Shown in pieces: positions 9,478 through 17,746 of a stretch of DNA of 32,000 nt (position 1 is the first letter of the stretch; each line of letters begins with the position of its first letter). Both the position numbers and the translations under genes were made by a program. The DNA is taken from contig NZ_CP019633.1 in the NCBI RefSeq assembly GCF_001997385.1, positions 1,320,001 to 1,352,000 of the forward strand, given 5' to 3'. The notes under the pieces are model-generated. The model saw nothing but the letters and a program-made list of their open reading frames with translations. It searched no databases and had not been told where the DNA came from. Origin of the DNA: Sedimentisphaera cyanobacteriorum. GTDB lineage: Bacteria > Planctomycetota > Phycisphaerae > Sedimentisphaerales > Sedimentisphaeraceae.

Positions 9478-9515
9478 GTCTAATTTAAAGTGTTCAATTC
9501 TATGGGAGAGCTACA
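9478..9515. repeat. IS3-family terminal inverted repeat (orfA-proximal end)
   Basis: Partner of 8252-8289; see that entry. Confidence 0.7.
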
Positions 9516-9803
9516 TGGACGGCTGCAAATCGCCGCCAAATCGCTTCATTTTTGGAAATCACTCCGCTGAGAAAGCGTGTTTTTATCGACATAATACTAA
9601 TTTAACCTGCTTAAAACGCTTAAAGCACCGATTTACTGAGAGTACAATGTCTTTTTGAGAGGGATTGTCTATTAAACGAACGTCATTGCAAGAGTGAGAA
9701 CCTGTGTGCTTGCTCCGTTCTGCTCTGATTTCTGCGGTCGGGTGCAAATTTCAGAGATGAAGAAACGAATTTATCAGTAAATGCCATTTTTCCGCCTTTT
9801 CGT

Positions 9804-9833
9804 TTGACTCAACGCATATTTAGTGCTTATAAT
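9804..9833 (+). promoter_or_regulatory. Near-consensus sigma70-type promoter of nrdR (TTGACT-N18-TATAAT)
   Basis: TTGACT at 9804-9809 and TATAAT at 9828-9833 are 18 nt apart and ~45 nt upstream of the nrdR ATG. The AAGGA RBS is at 9863-9867. Confidence 0.5.
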
Positions 9834-9877
9834 AGTCGCATTGTCATATATAGTATTAAATTAAGGATAACGCTTAA

Positions 9878-10417
9878 ATGCTCTGCCCCTTTTGTAAAGT
9901 TGATGATGACAGGGTAGTCGACACCCGCATTACCGATGAAGGACGTACAATCCGTCGCCGCAGGCTTTGCCACGGCTGCGGGAAGAGATTTACTACGTAC
10001 GAAAAAATAAGCGAAGATATGGGGCTCAGCGTTATCAAGAAAGATAATACCCGCGTGCCATACGACCGCGAGAAGATTATCTCAGGCCTCGAGAAGGCCT
10101 GCTATAAAAGGCCTATCGCTGCTCCCCAAGTAAGACTCCTTGCAGACCGCGTGGAGGAAGATATATTCCAGCATTCGGATAAAGAAGTTTCATCGAAGTT
10201 TATCGGCGAATGCATCATGGACCACCTTAAAGATATAGACAAGGTGGCATATATCCGCTTTGCAAGCGTTTACAGGCAGTTTAATGATGTGAGCGATTTT
10301 ATCGACGAAGAAGGCCTTCAGGAAAGGTCAGAAAGCAGTAAAAGAAACCAGCAGAACAAGGAGCAGAATGCCAATGGAACTGGCAGTGATTCAGGACAGG
10401 ACAGTCCCGCTCAGTGA
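9878..10417 (+). CDS. nrdR: Transcriptional repressor NrdR (zinc ribbon + ATP-cone) with a low-complexity C-terminal tail
   Basis: MLCPFCKVDDDRVVDTRITDEGRTIRRRRLCHGCGKRFTTYEK is the canonical NrdR zinc-ribbon N-terminus. An ATP-cone follows. The ~25-aa Ser/Asn/Gln-rich tail is non-canonical. Confidence 0.92.
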   Translation: MLCPFCKVDDDRVVDTRITDEGRTIRRRRLCHGCGKRFTTYEKISEDMGLSVIKKDNTRVPYDREKIISGLEKACYKRPIAAPQVRLLADRVEEDIFQHSDKEVSSKFIGECIMDHLKDIDKVAYIRFASVYRQFNDVSDFIDEEGLQERSESSKRNQQNKEQNANGTGSDSGQDSPAQ

Positions 10418-11228
10418 ATTAGACAGCTCATTCTTAGACCGCGGCCTGTTCTTCGGCGACGGCGTTTACGAGGTGATGCGAACCTACGGCGGCAGGCTTT
10501 TCGCTCTTGATGAGCATCTTGAAAGGCTGGATCGAAGTCTGAGGGCAGTTTGGATAAAAGGCGTAGATATCCCAGCACTCAGAGCTCAAATAATTGATGC
10601 ATACAAGGAAACAGGCATTGACAACTGCTGCATATACCTGCATATAACAAGGGGCTCTGCCCCAAGGTCTCACGCCTGGCCTGAAGGGATAAAGCCGAAT
10701 ATATTTATGATGTTCTCGCATATAGAGGGCTATGAAAAGCTGCACAGAGACGGGGTGAAGGTTTGCATTGCAGAAGACCTCAGATGGAAGAGATGCGATA
10801 TCAAATCCCTGAACCTTCTTCCGAACGCAATGGCCAAAAAATTTGCCCGCGACAAAGACTGCTTTGAGGCAATCTTGAAAGACAGAAGAGGCGATATTAC
10901 AGAAGGGGCGAGCTCAGCATTTTTTGCTGTTTTCAACAGAATGGTTGTAACAAGGCCGCTTAGCAATAAAATACTCCCGAGCATAAGCAGAATGTTTGTG
11001 CGAAGGGCAGTTGAAAACTGCGGGATTGAATTTGCAGAGAAAACGCTGAACCCGCTTCAGGCTGCAAAGGCAGACGAACTTTTCCTCGCCGTTACCACGA
11101 AAGATATAGTGGGAATAACTGATTTCGACGGCAGGCCGGTCAGCGGGGGAAAAGTAGGCAGGATTACAAAAAGCCTGCAGGAAAGCTTCGCAGAAATTGT
11201 AAAGAAAAACGCTCTCAAGCCCTGCTGA
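10368..11228 (+). CDS. dat: Class IV PLP aminotransferase, D-amino-acid transaminase-like
   Basis: DRGLFFGDGVYEVMRTYGGRLFALDEHLERL and the catalytic-lysine block LRWKRCDIKSLNLLPNAMAKK closely parallel Bacillus D-alanine aminotransferase. The start is uncertain (10368 or 10374), and either choice overlaps the nrdR tail. Confidence 0.75.
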   Translation: MPMELAVIQDRTVPLSELDSSFLDRGLFFGDGVYEVMRTYGGRLFALDEHLERLDRSLRAVWIKGVDIPALRAQIIDAYKETGIDNCCIYLHITRGSAPRSHAWPEGIKPNIFMMFSHIEGYEKLHRDGVKVCIAEDLRWKRCDIKSLNLLPNAMAKKFARDKDCFEAILKDRRGDITEGASSAFFAVFNRMVVTRPLSNKILPSISRMFVRRAVENCGIEFAEKTLNPLQAAKADELFLAVTTKDIVGITDFDGRPVSGGKVGRITKSLQESFAEIVKKNALKPC

Positions 11229-11252
11229 GAGCATAATCGGGAATAAAATTTT

Positions 11253-12062
11253 ATGGCCGAAACCGAAAACAAGGATATAAACAAAGAAGATGGGAAGATG
11301 AAGTCTATGAGCCTCGGAGATCACCTCGAGGAGCTCAGGCTAAGGCTTTTTCTTGCAATTGCAGGGCTTATTGTCGGCTTTATTATAGCCCTGATATTCG
11401 GCAAATTCCTTTTCGGGATCGTCGTCGAACCGTATGCAGATGCGGTAAAACTCACCGGCGGTACGCCGCATATGCAGGCTATCAAGCCGGCAGAAAAATT
11501 CCTGATGTACCTGAAAACATCGCTTATCTTCGGCCTTATCTTCACTGCCCCGTGGGTGTTTTACCAAATATGGAAGTTTATCGCCCCCGGGCTTTATAAA
11601 AACGAAACGAAATTCGTATATATAGTAACGCCGGCCAGTGCTGCTTTGTTTGTGGGCGGTGCCACATTCTTCCTAACAGTAATAGCTCCCCTTGCACTGA
11701 AATTCTTCATAGGATTCGATGTTGGAGTAGATTACGTGGAGACAAACCTCACATTAGACCATTACGTGGATTTTATGCTCGCCCTGACGCTTGCTTTCGG
11801 AATAGCTTTTCAGCTTCCGATTGTGATATTCTTTGCAGAAAAGCTCGGGCTTGTAACGGTTGAAAAGCTCAGAAAGGGCAGGAAATTCGTATTCCTCGGG
11901 CTGTTTGTAGCAGCTGCCGGGGCAACACCTCCAGACCCTGTTTCGATGCTCTCGCTCGCAGCTCCGCTATACGTGCTCTATGAGGGAACGATCATAGTAT
12001 GTGCTATGCTCAAACGCGATTCTAAGAAAAAAGAAACTGAATCAGCAGAGAAAGATGAATAA
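11253..12062 (+). CDS. tatC: Twin-arginine translocase subunit TatC
   Basis: MSLGDHLEELRLRLF is the TatC N-terminal signature. The protein has six predicted TM segments. The exact start is uncertain (alternative Met codons at 11295 and 11304). Confidence 0.9.
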   Translation: MAETENKDINKEDGKMKSMSLGDHLEELRLRLFLAIAGLIVGFIIALIFGKFLFGIVVEPYADAVKLTGGTPHMQAIKPAEKFLMYLKTSLIFGLIFTAPWVFYQIWKFIAPGLYKNETKFVYIVTPASAALFVGGATFFLTVIAPLALKFFIGFDVGVDYVETNLTLDHYVDFMLALTLAFGIAFQLPIVIFFAEKLGLVTVEKLRKGRKFVFLGLFVAAAGATPPDPVSMLSLAAPLYVLYEGTIIVCAMLKRDSKKKETESAEKDE

Positions 12063-13086
12063 TCAGAAAACTCTAATACTCGCTATTGAAACAAGCTGCG
12101 ATGAGACAGCTGCCGCAGTTCTTCGAGGGGAAAAAAATGTTCTCTCGAGCGTGGTTTCCTCTCAGGCCGATCTGCATAAACATTACGGCGGGGTTGTTCC
12201 GGAGATTGCATCGAGAGCCCATATTGAGAGGATATATCCGGTAGTGGACAAGACGGTGCAGGATGCGGGCATTGAGCTTTCCGATCTCGATGCTGTGGCT
12301 GTGGCGAACTGTCCCGGGCTTTCGGTAGCGCTGATTGTAGGCGTTACTGCAGCGAAAACCCTCGCCTTTATGCTGGACATACCGCTTATCAGCATAAATC
12401 ACATACACGCACACCTGCAGTCTGCAATGATAGAGGCGGAGGATATCGCTCTTCCCGCAACTGCTCTTGTGGTTTCAGGCGGGCATACCAGCATCTACAG
12501 CTGCAAATCCGCCCTCGAGCTTGAGCTTGCAGGCTCTACGATAGATGATGCAGCAGGCGAGGCGTTTGATAAGGTAGCTCAGATTTTGAACCTCCCATAT
12601 CCGGGAGGCCCGAGCATTCAGAAAGCAGCGGAAAAAGGAAACCCTAAAGCGATTCAGTTTCCGCGTTCTATGCTGGGAAAGGATTCTCTGGATTTTTCAT
12701 TCAGCGGGATTAAAACTGCCGTGCTGTACCACTGCAAGGGACAGAATATGAAAGGCAGCTCCCTGGTTAGCGATATGAGCGAGAAGGAAATTGCCGATAT
12801 CGCTGCCTCGTTCCAGCAGGCGGTCGTGGATGTGCTCGTGAAGAAAACTATGCTCGCAGCAGAAATCCAGAATTCCGGAACTGTTCTGCTCGGAGGAGGC
12901 GTAGCTGCGAATAAGATCCTCAGAGAGCAAATGAAACAGAAATGCGAGAAAAGAGGTATCCGCCTGCTCATAGCCCCGATGAAATACTGCACGGATAATG
13001 CCGTTATGATCGGCTCGCTGGCATGGCATAAATACAATGCAGGCCTCTTCGCAGGCTTAGACCTTGAAGCTAGCTCCTCCGCATGA
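12055..13086 (+). CDS. tsaD: tRNA N6-adenosine threonylcarbamoyltransferase TsaD (Kae1/Gcp family)
   Basis: The ORF contains ILAIETSCDETAAAV, HIHAHL and GGGVAAN blocks. The start is chosen at ATG 12055 (MNNQKTLILAIE...), which overlaps the tatC stop by 8 nt. The longer ORF-track start at 12001 lies inside tatC. Confidence 0.92.
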   Translation: MNNQKTLILAIETSCDETAAAVLRGEKNVLSSVVSSQADLHKHYGGVVPEIASRAHIERIYPVVDKTVQDAGIELSDLDAVAVANCPGLSVALIVGVTAAKTLAFMLDIPLISINHIHAHLQSAMIEAEDIALPATALVVSGGHTSIYSCKSALELELAGSTIDDAAGEAFDKVAQILNLPYPGGPSIQKAAEKGNPKAIQFPRSMLGKDSLDFSFSGIKTAVLYHCKGQNMKGSSLVSDMSEKEIADIAASFQQAVVDVLVKKTMLAAEIQNSGTVLLGGGVAANKILREQMKQKCEKRGIRLLIAPMKYCTDNAVMIGSLAWHKYNAGLFAGLDLEASSSA

Positions 13087-13221
13087 ATTTATGGCAATTA
13101 AAATAGGTTTTCCGCTTAAATTCAAGTAAAAACGTTATACTGGAATACTGGAATGAAGCTTCGGAAAACGCCCCTTCGGACTGTTAATAATCTTTATCTA
13201 ACTTTAAAATGAAAGCGGGAT

Positions 13222-14748
13222 ATGAATTATCGAATTACGGCAGCAGTGTTATTTTTTGCAGCAATGCAGGTTTCTGCGTATCAGGTTTTTCTTCATCTCG
13301 GCCATTCCCACTGCGCAAAGGAGCTTATAAACCCCGAAGGCTGGCAGCAGGTTGCGCAGAGAGCGGACGGCGTTTGGGGGTTTGACGCATGGACGCGTAC
13401 GCTCAGCAAAGACCAGCAGGATAAGGTGCTCTCAAACATCAAAACGCGGGATTTCTATCTCGGCGAGTTCCACTGGGGCAAGGGAAGAAAGAATCACAAA
13501 GTACACAGCAAAAAGGGCGCTGCACCTGTTATCGATGCGGGCAGGCGAAACGGATTCAAAGAGCAGTGGTGTATGACCTATGACGAATCTCGATACGGAA
13601 GCACCATCTCAAAAGAACAGATCAGAAAATACAGAGAGCTTTACCCTGATTACAAGCTGATCACAAATTTCCGTGTGTTTAAGGAAAAAAGGTTCGCTCA
13701 GGAGCTCAAACTGCTAGACGGGATATGCTATGAGTTCTCTGTGCAGAAATACAAACAGAGAAGCGGGCACCACCCCGGGCAAACCAAACTGGAAAATATA
13801 GCGGAGGCTGTTGAGTGGGCTGTTGACCACAACAAAAAAATCTTCCTTCTTATCCCGCCCGGAAGGGAAGCGCCCCCTGCAAAAGATCGCAGATATATCA
13901 ATGCGATTATGCAGTTTGAGAAAGACCTTAAAGATTCACTCCAGCCTGAATACTACAACAGCGATGAGCTGATTTTAGTGCCCGCAGCGTACAACTGCAT
14001 AGAAAACAAACTCCGAAACGTTCCGGCTGAGAAAAACAGCGAGTATGCTAATACAGGAATGGGAGCGGCTCTTTATTTAATCGATGCTAAGGGCAAAGAA
14101 CAGCCGGCAAACCCTGCAGACTACTTTAATAATATACGAACCGAGCTGCGAAAAAAATGGCCGGACAACAGAACCGTAAACCTTGTTTTTCACGGACACA
14201 GCGTACCCAGCGGATACTTTGACACGCCGAATGTTAGGCCTTTTAAATCCTATCCAAGATTATTCTTCAAAATGCTCAAAGAAAAGTACCCTTATGCGGT
14301 GGTGAATGTTATAACCACTTCAATCGGAGGCGAAAAGGCCGTGGAGGGAGTAAAGCGGTTTGAGGGAGATGTGCTTTGCCACAGACCGGATGTTCTGTTC
14401 ATTGATTATGCCCTTAATGACAGGTCTGCCGGTCTGAAAAAATCCAAGGCCGCCTGGGAAGAAATGATCCGGAAGGCTCTTGCTGAGGATATTAAAGTTA
14501 TACTTCTCACCCCGACGATAGATATTAAACATACCCCCGGCAAAAGCAGCGAACCGCTTAATCAGCACGCCTCTCAGATACGAGAGCTTGCAGCAGAGTA
14601 CAATATCGGCCTTGCAGATTTGCTTAAAGCTTTCGACAATGTTCTCGCTGAAGGTGTGAACAACAAGGAGCTGTTATCAAACGGCTATAATCATCCAAAT
14701 GAAAAAGCGCATCAGATAGCGGCAGAAGAGATAATGGAGTGGTTTTAA
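13222..14748 (+). CDS. Secreted two-domain protein: unknown N-terminal ~290-aa domain plus C-terminal SGNH/GDSL-type hydrolase
   Basis: It has a signal peptide (AAVLFFAAMQVSA). The C-terminal ~210 aa carry SGNH-like blocks: LVFHGHSVPSG (block I Ser), IDYALNDR (block III) and NHPNEKAHQ (block V His). Confidence 0.7.
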   Translation: MNYRITAAVLFFAAMQVSAYQVFLHLGHSHCAKELINPEGWQQVAQRADGVWGFDAWTRTLSKDQQDKVLSNIKTRDFYLGEFHWGKGRKNHKVHSKKGAAPVIDAGRRNGFKEQWCMTYDESRYGSTISKEQIRKYRELYPDYKLITNFRVFKEKRFAQELKLLDGICYEFSVQKYKQRSGHHPGQTKLENIAEAVEWAVDHNKKIFLLIPPGREAPPAKDRRYINAIMQFEKDLKDSLQPEYYNSDELILVPAAYNCIENKLRNVPAEKNSEYANTGMGAALYLIDAKGKEQPANPADYFNNIRTELRKKWPDNRTVNLVFHGHSVPSGYFDTPNVRPFKSYPRLFFKMLKEKYPYAVVNVITTSIGGEKAVEGVKRFEGDVLCHRPDVLFIDYALNDRSAGLKKSKAAWEEMIRKALAEDIKVILLTPTIDIKHTPGKSSEPLNQHASQIRELAAEYNIGLADLLKAFDNVLAEGVNNKELLSNGYNHPNEKAHQIAAEEIMEWF

Positions 14749-14828
14749 GCCCGAGAATATCATTCCCATGCGCTGTTGACAGACCGTTATTTTAAGATTT
14801 GCCTCTAATACTGCTGACATTGCTTCTA

Positions 14829-14860
14829 AAAAGCCCGCTGAAAAATCATCAGCGGGCTTT
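14829..14860. terminator. Bidirectional rho-independent terminator between the convergent SGNH-hydrolase and gyrA genes
   Basis: Perfect stem aaagcccgctga / tcagcgggcttt with a 7-nt loop. T-rich tracts follow on both strands (tttctgaattt on plus, ttttt on minus). Confidence 0.7.
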
Positions 14861-14912
14861 CTGAATTTATTCTGGTTTTAGCCTAACTAAATCGGTGGAT
14901 TCAAGCCGAAAT

Positions 14913-17483
14913 TCAATCTTCTCCAGCATCTTCGGCTTCTTCAGCTGCTTCCACTTCAGCTTCAGCTTCCTGCTCTTTTACAATTCTGGCAGTTGATACC
15001 ACCTGATCGTCTTTGCCGAGCTTAATCAGCCTCACGCCTGCTGTATTTCTGCCGATTTCCCGAACCTCTTCAAGGCCGGTTCTTATGATAATTCCGTTTC
15101 TTGTTATCATCATAATATCGTCTTCATCAGCTACAGCCATCACAGCCACAACCTTCCCGTTTCTTTCGGACTGTTTGATATTGATGATGCCAGTGCCGCC
15201 GCGGGACTGCAAGCGGTATTCGCTCAGGGCTGTACGTTTGCCGAAGCCGTTTTCGCATATAGTGAGTATTGAGCTTCCGGCTTCGAGAATAATCATCCCT
15301 ACAACCCTGTCTTCGCCCTTGAGCTTAATGCCCTTAACGCCTCGAGCTGTGCGCCCCATCTGGCGAACATCTTCCTCGCTGAACCTTATGCTCATTCCGC
15401 TTCTGGTGGCAAGGAGAATTTCATCGCTGCCGCTTGTAATGGCAACACTTATAAGATCATCGTCTTCATCGAGCTTGATAGCATTAACCCCGTTAGCCCG
15501 AACATTTCCGTAAGCTTCAAGGACGGTTTTCTTAACAATACCTTTGCGCGTAGCGAAAATCAGGTTGCGCCGGTCGAACTCGCGGACGTTTATAATAGAC
15601 ATAATCCGTGAATCGCCCAGCTCTAACAGGTTAGCAATGCTTCTGCCCTTGCTCTGTCTCGAGAGGCTTGGAATCTGATAAACCTTTAGCCAGTAGCAGC
15701 GGCCGTTATCGGTAAACACCATAAGGTAATCGTGAGTGCTGGCGATAAAGAGCCTTTCGATGAAGTCGTCGTCTTTGCTGTCTGACCCGATAATTCCGCG
15801 TCCGCCTCTGCCCTGCTTGCGATAGGTGTCTATCGGCATACGCTTAACGTACCCTTCATGACTTACCGTTACCACAACCTTCTCTTCCTGGATAAGGTCT
15901 TCGATGTCGAAATCTTCTACCGCTTCGGTGATTTCGGTGCGTCTTTTGTCGCCGTATTTTTCCACCATCTCAGAGAGATCTTCGCGAATCATGGAAAACA
16001 CGATTTTCTCGTCTGCGAGGATCTTTTCGTAATGCTTTATCTGCTCGGCAAGCTTTGCATACTCATTTGCGAGCTTCTCAATCTCAAGGCCTGTAAGCTT
16101 TTGAAGCTGCATACCGAGAATAGCATCAGCCTGCGGTCCGGTGAGGTATTTCTCGCCCTGTTCAGCCTCGGCGAGGAAATCTTCAGGCAGAAGCCTCTTG
16201 AGCGTTGCAGACTCAACGAGCTTGAGCGGCTTGTTCATAAGATTCAGCTTTGCTGTAGGCACATCCGGAGAGCTCTTAATAAGCTCGATTATCTCATCGA
16301 TATCGCTTACTGCAAGAATCAGCCCTTCGAGGATATGAGCCCTGTTGCGTGATTTTCTAAGCAGGAACTGGGTTCTTCTTCGTATTACGTCCTTGCGGTG
16401 GTCGAGGTATTCCTGCATCAGTTGACGCATATTGAGCGTCATGGGGCGGTTGTTCACGAGCACAACGTTGTTTATAGCGAAGGTTGTCTGGAGCTGGGTG
16501 TATTTGAAGAGCTTGTTTATAACAACTTCCGGCTCTGCGTCCTTCTTGGTGTCAACAACAATTCTCAGCCCCTTTCTGTCGGATTCATCATTAACATCTG
16601 CCACCTCGGGCAGAAGCCCGCTGTGAACGCAGTCTGCAATTTTCGATACCACATTGGTTTTCACAACCATATAGGGGATCTCTGTTATGATAATTTTGCT
16701 CTTGCCGGTCTTTGTTTCTTCAACATCATACCGGCAGCGAACACGCACATGACCGCGTCCGTTGGTGTAGGCATCCATAATGCCCTTCTTGCCGCAGATT
16801 ATTCCGCCTGTGGGAAAATCCGGACCGGGCAGCTCTTCCATAAGCTCGAGGATTTTGCTTTCGGGGTTGTCTATGAGCTTTATTATCGCCCTGCCCACTT
16901 CTGTGATGTTGTGCGGGGCCATATTCGTGGCCATACCAACAGCAATTCCCGTGGAGCCGTTTACAAGCAGATTCGGGAATTTGGACGGCAGAACCACAGG
17001 CTCGGTTCTGGTCTCATCGTAGTTCTGCACGAAGTCAACGGTCTCTTTGTTGAGGTCTTCAAGCATATCTGTCGCAGCGGCGTGCATTCGCGCTTCGGTG
17101 TAACGCATTGCAGCTGGGGGGTCGCCGTCTATGCTGCCGAAGTTACCCTGCGGGTCAACGAGCATATAACGCATACTCCAGCCCTGCCCCATACGAACGA
17201 GCGTAGGATATACGACCGCCTCGCCGTGAGGATGGTAGTTACCGCTGGTATCGCCGGCAATCTTAGCGCATTTCCTGTGCTTGCCGCGCGGACCGAGGTT
17301 GAGGTCGTTCATCGCAACTAAGATACGCCTTTGAGAGGGTTTGAGCCCGTCTCGAACATCAGGGAGAGCACGCGATACTATCACGCTCATCGAATAATTC
17401 AGATATGAATGCTTCATCTCATCAAGGATTGATTTTCCCTCGATGATTTCTTCAAATTCAGGCCTATTTATCTCGTCTGTCAT
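14913..17483 (-). CDS. gyrA: DNA gyrase subunit A
   Basis: SYLNYSMSVIVSRALPDVRDGLKPSQRRIL, the catalytic-Tyr block AMRYTEARM, a GyrA-box-like QGRGGRGIIG in the C-terminal beta-pinwheel, and an acidic C-terminal tail. Confidence 0.95.
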   Translation of the reverse strand: MTDEINRPEFEEIIEGKSILDEMKHSYLNYSMSVIVSRALPDVRDGLKPSQRRILVAMNDLNLGPRGKHRKCAKIAGDTSGNYHPHGEAVVYPTLVRMGQGWSMRYMLVDPQGNFGSIDGDPPAAMRYTEARMHAAATDMLEDLNKETVDFVQNYDETRTEPVVLPSKFPNLLVNGSTGIAVGMATNMAPHNITEVGRAIIKLIDNPESKILELMEELPGPDFPTGGIICGKKGIMDAYTNGRGHVRVRCRYDVEETKTGKSKIIITEIPYMVVKTNVVSKIADCVHSGLLPEVADVNDESDRKGLRIVVDTKKDAEPEVVINKLFKYTQLQTTFAINNVVLVNNRPMTLNMRQLMQEYLDHRKDVIRRRTQFLLRKSRNRAHILEGLILAVSDIDEIIELIKSSPDVPTAKLNLMNKPLKLVESATLKRLLPEDFLAEAEQGEKYLTGPQADAILGMQLQKLTGLEIEKLANEYAKLAEQIKHYEKILADEKIVFSMIREDLSEMVEKYGDKRRTEITEAVEDFDIEDLIQEEKVVVTVSHEGYVKRMPIDTYRKQGRGGRGIIGSDSKDDDFIERLFIASTHDYLMVFTDNGRCYWLKVYQIPSLSRQSKGRSIANLLELGDSRIMSIINVREFDRRNLIFATRKGIVKKTVLEAYGNVRANGVNAIKLDEDDDLISVAITSGSDEILLATRSGMSIRFSEEDVRQMGRTARGVKGIKLKGEDRVVGMIILEAGSSILTICENGFGKRTALSEYRLQSRGGTGIINIKQSERNGKVVAVMAVADEDDIMMITRNGIIIRTGLEEVREIGRNTAGVRLIKLGKDDQVVSTARIVKEQEAEAEVEAAEEAEDAGED

Positions 17484-17746
17484 CGGATTAAACTGCTCCG
17501 TAAATTAGGGCTCGCATCGTATTTCGGCAGCAAGCCCCTACCATTGATTTCTGAATAAAATAAGAGCTTAAATTATACTTAAAAATGCGGCGGAGTCAAA
17601 ATTTATAAGCCTTCAAAACGTAAAAGGATTTCAGTGCAGGCAAAAGTAAAAACCGGCATAAGCTTTTCGGCTTGGCAAAGTTTATACTGTTAAACTGGTG
17701 GGGGAGTGTATATAATCAGCGGGGAAAAATAGAAAGACAAAAATAA

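Larger units (their letters stand above)
8252..9515 (-). mobile_element. Complete IS3-family insertion sequence (1264 bp) with TG...CA termini and a 4-bp target-site duplication
   Basis: The termini are TG (8252) and CA (9515). The imperfect terminal IRs match at 27 of the first 38 positions. It is flanked by direct TGGA (8248-8251 and 9516-9519). It encodes orfA and orfB in the 0 and -1 frames with an A7 slippery run. Confidence 0.85.

Noticed and set aside
8271-9496. My first guess for the IS3 boundaries, at the TGAACA...TGTTCA inverted repeat.
   Set aside because: No target duplication flanks these positions. Extending the alignment outward gives a longer IR with canonical TG...CA termini at 8252/9515 and a clean 4-bp TGGA duplication. 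The TGAACA repeat is therefore an internal part of the IR.
9498-9507. The 10-mer TTCTATGGGA is shared between the IS3 terminal repeat (9498-9507) and the IS4 terminal repeat region (31760-31769).
   Set aside because: A single 10-bp match within 32 kb is expected many times by chance: roughly 5e8 position pairs against about 1e6 possible 10-mers. The surrounding IR sequences are otherwise unrelated and the transposases belong to different families.
13139-13154. The tandem duplication ACTGGAAT ACTGGAAT in the tsaD/SGNH intergenic region.
   Set aside because: It is just two 8-bp units with no further copies in the window. That is too short to call a repeat element or binding array without comparative data.
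16398-17321. A 307-aa ORF on the + strand inside gyrA, with smaller ones at 15013-15513 and 15858-16352.
   Set aside because: It is fully antisense to a very well supported gyrA CDS. The translated sequence is low-complexity and His/Val/Asn-rich with no motif. This is the usual shadow-ORF effect opposite a long, codon-biased gene.
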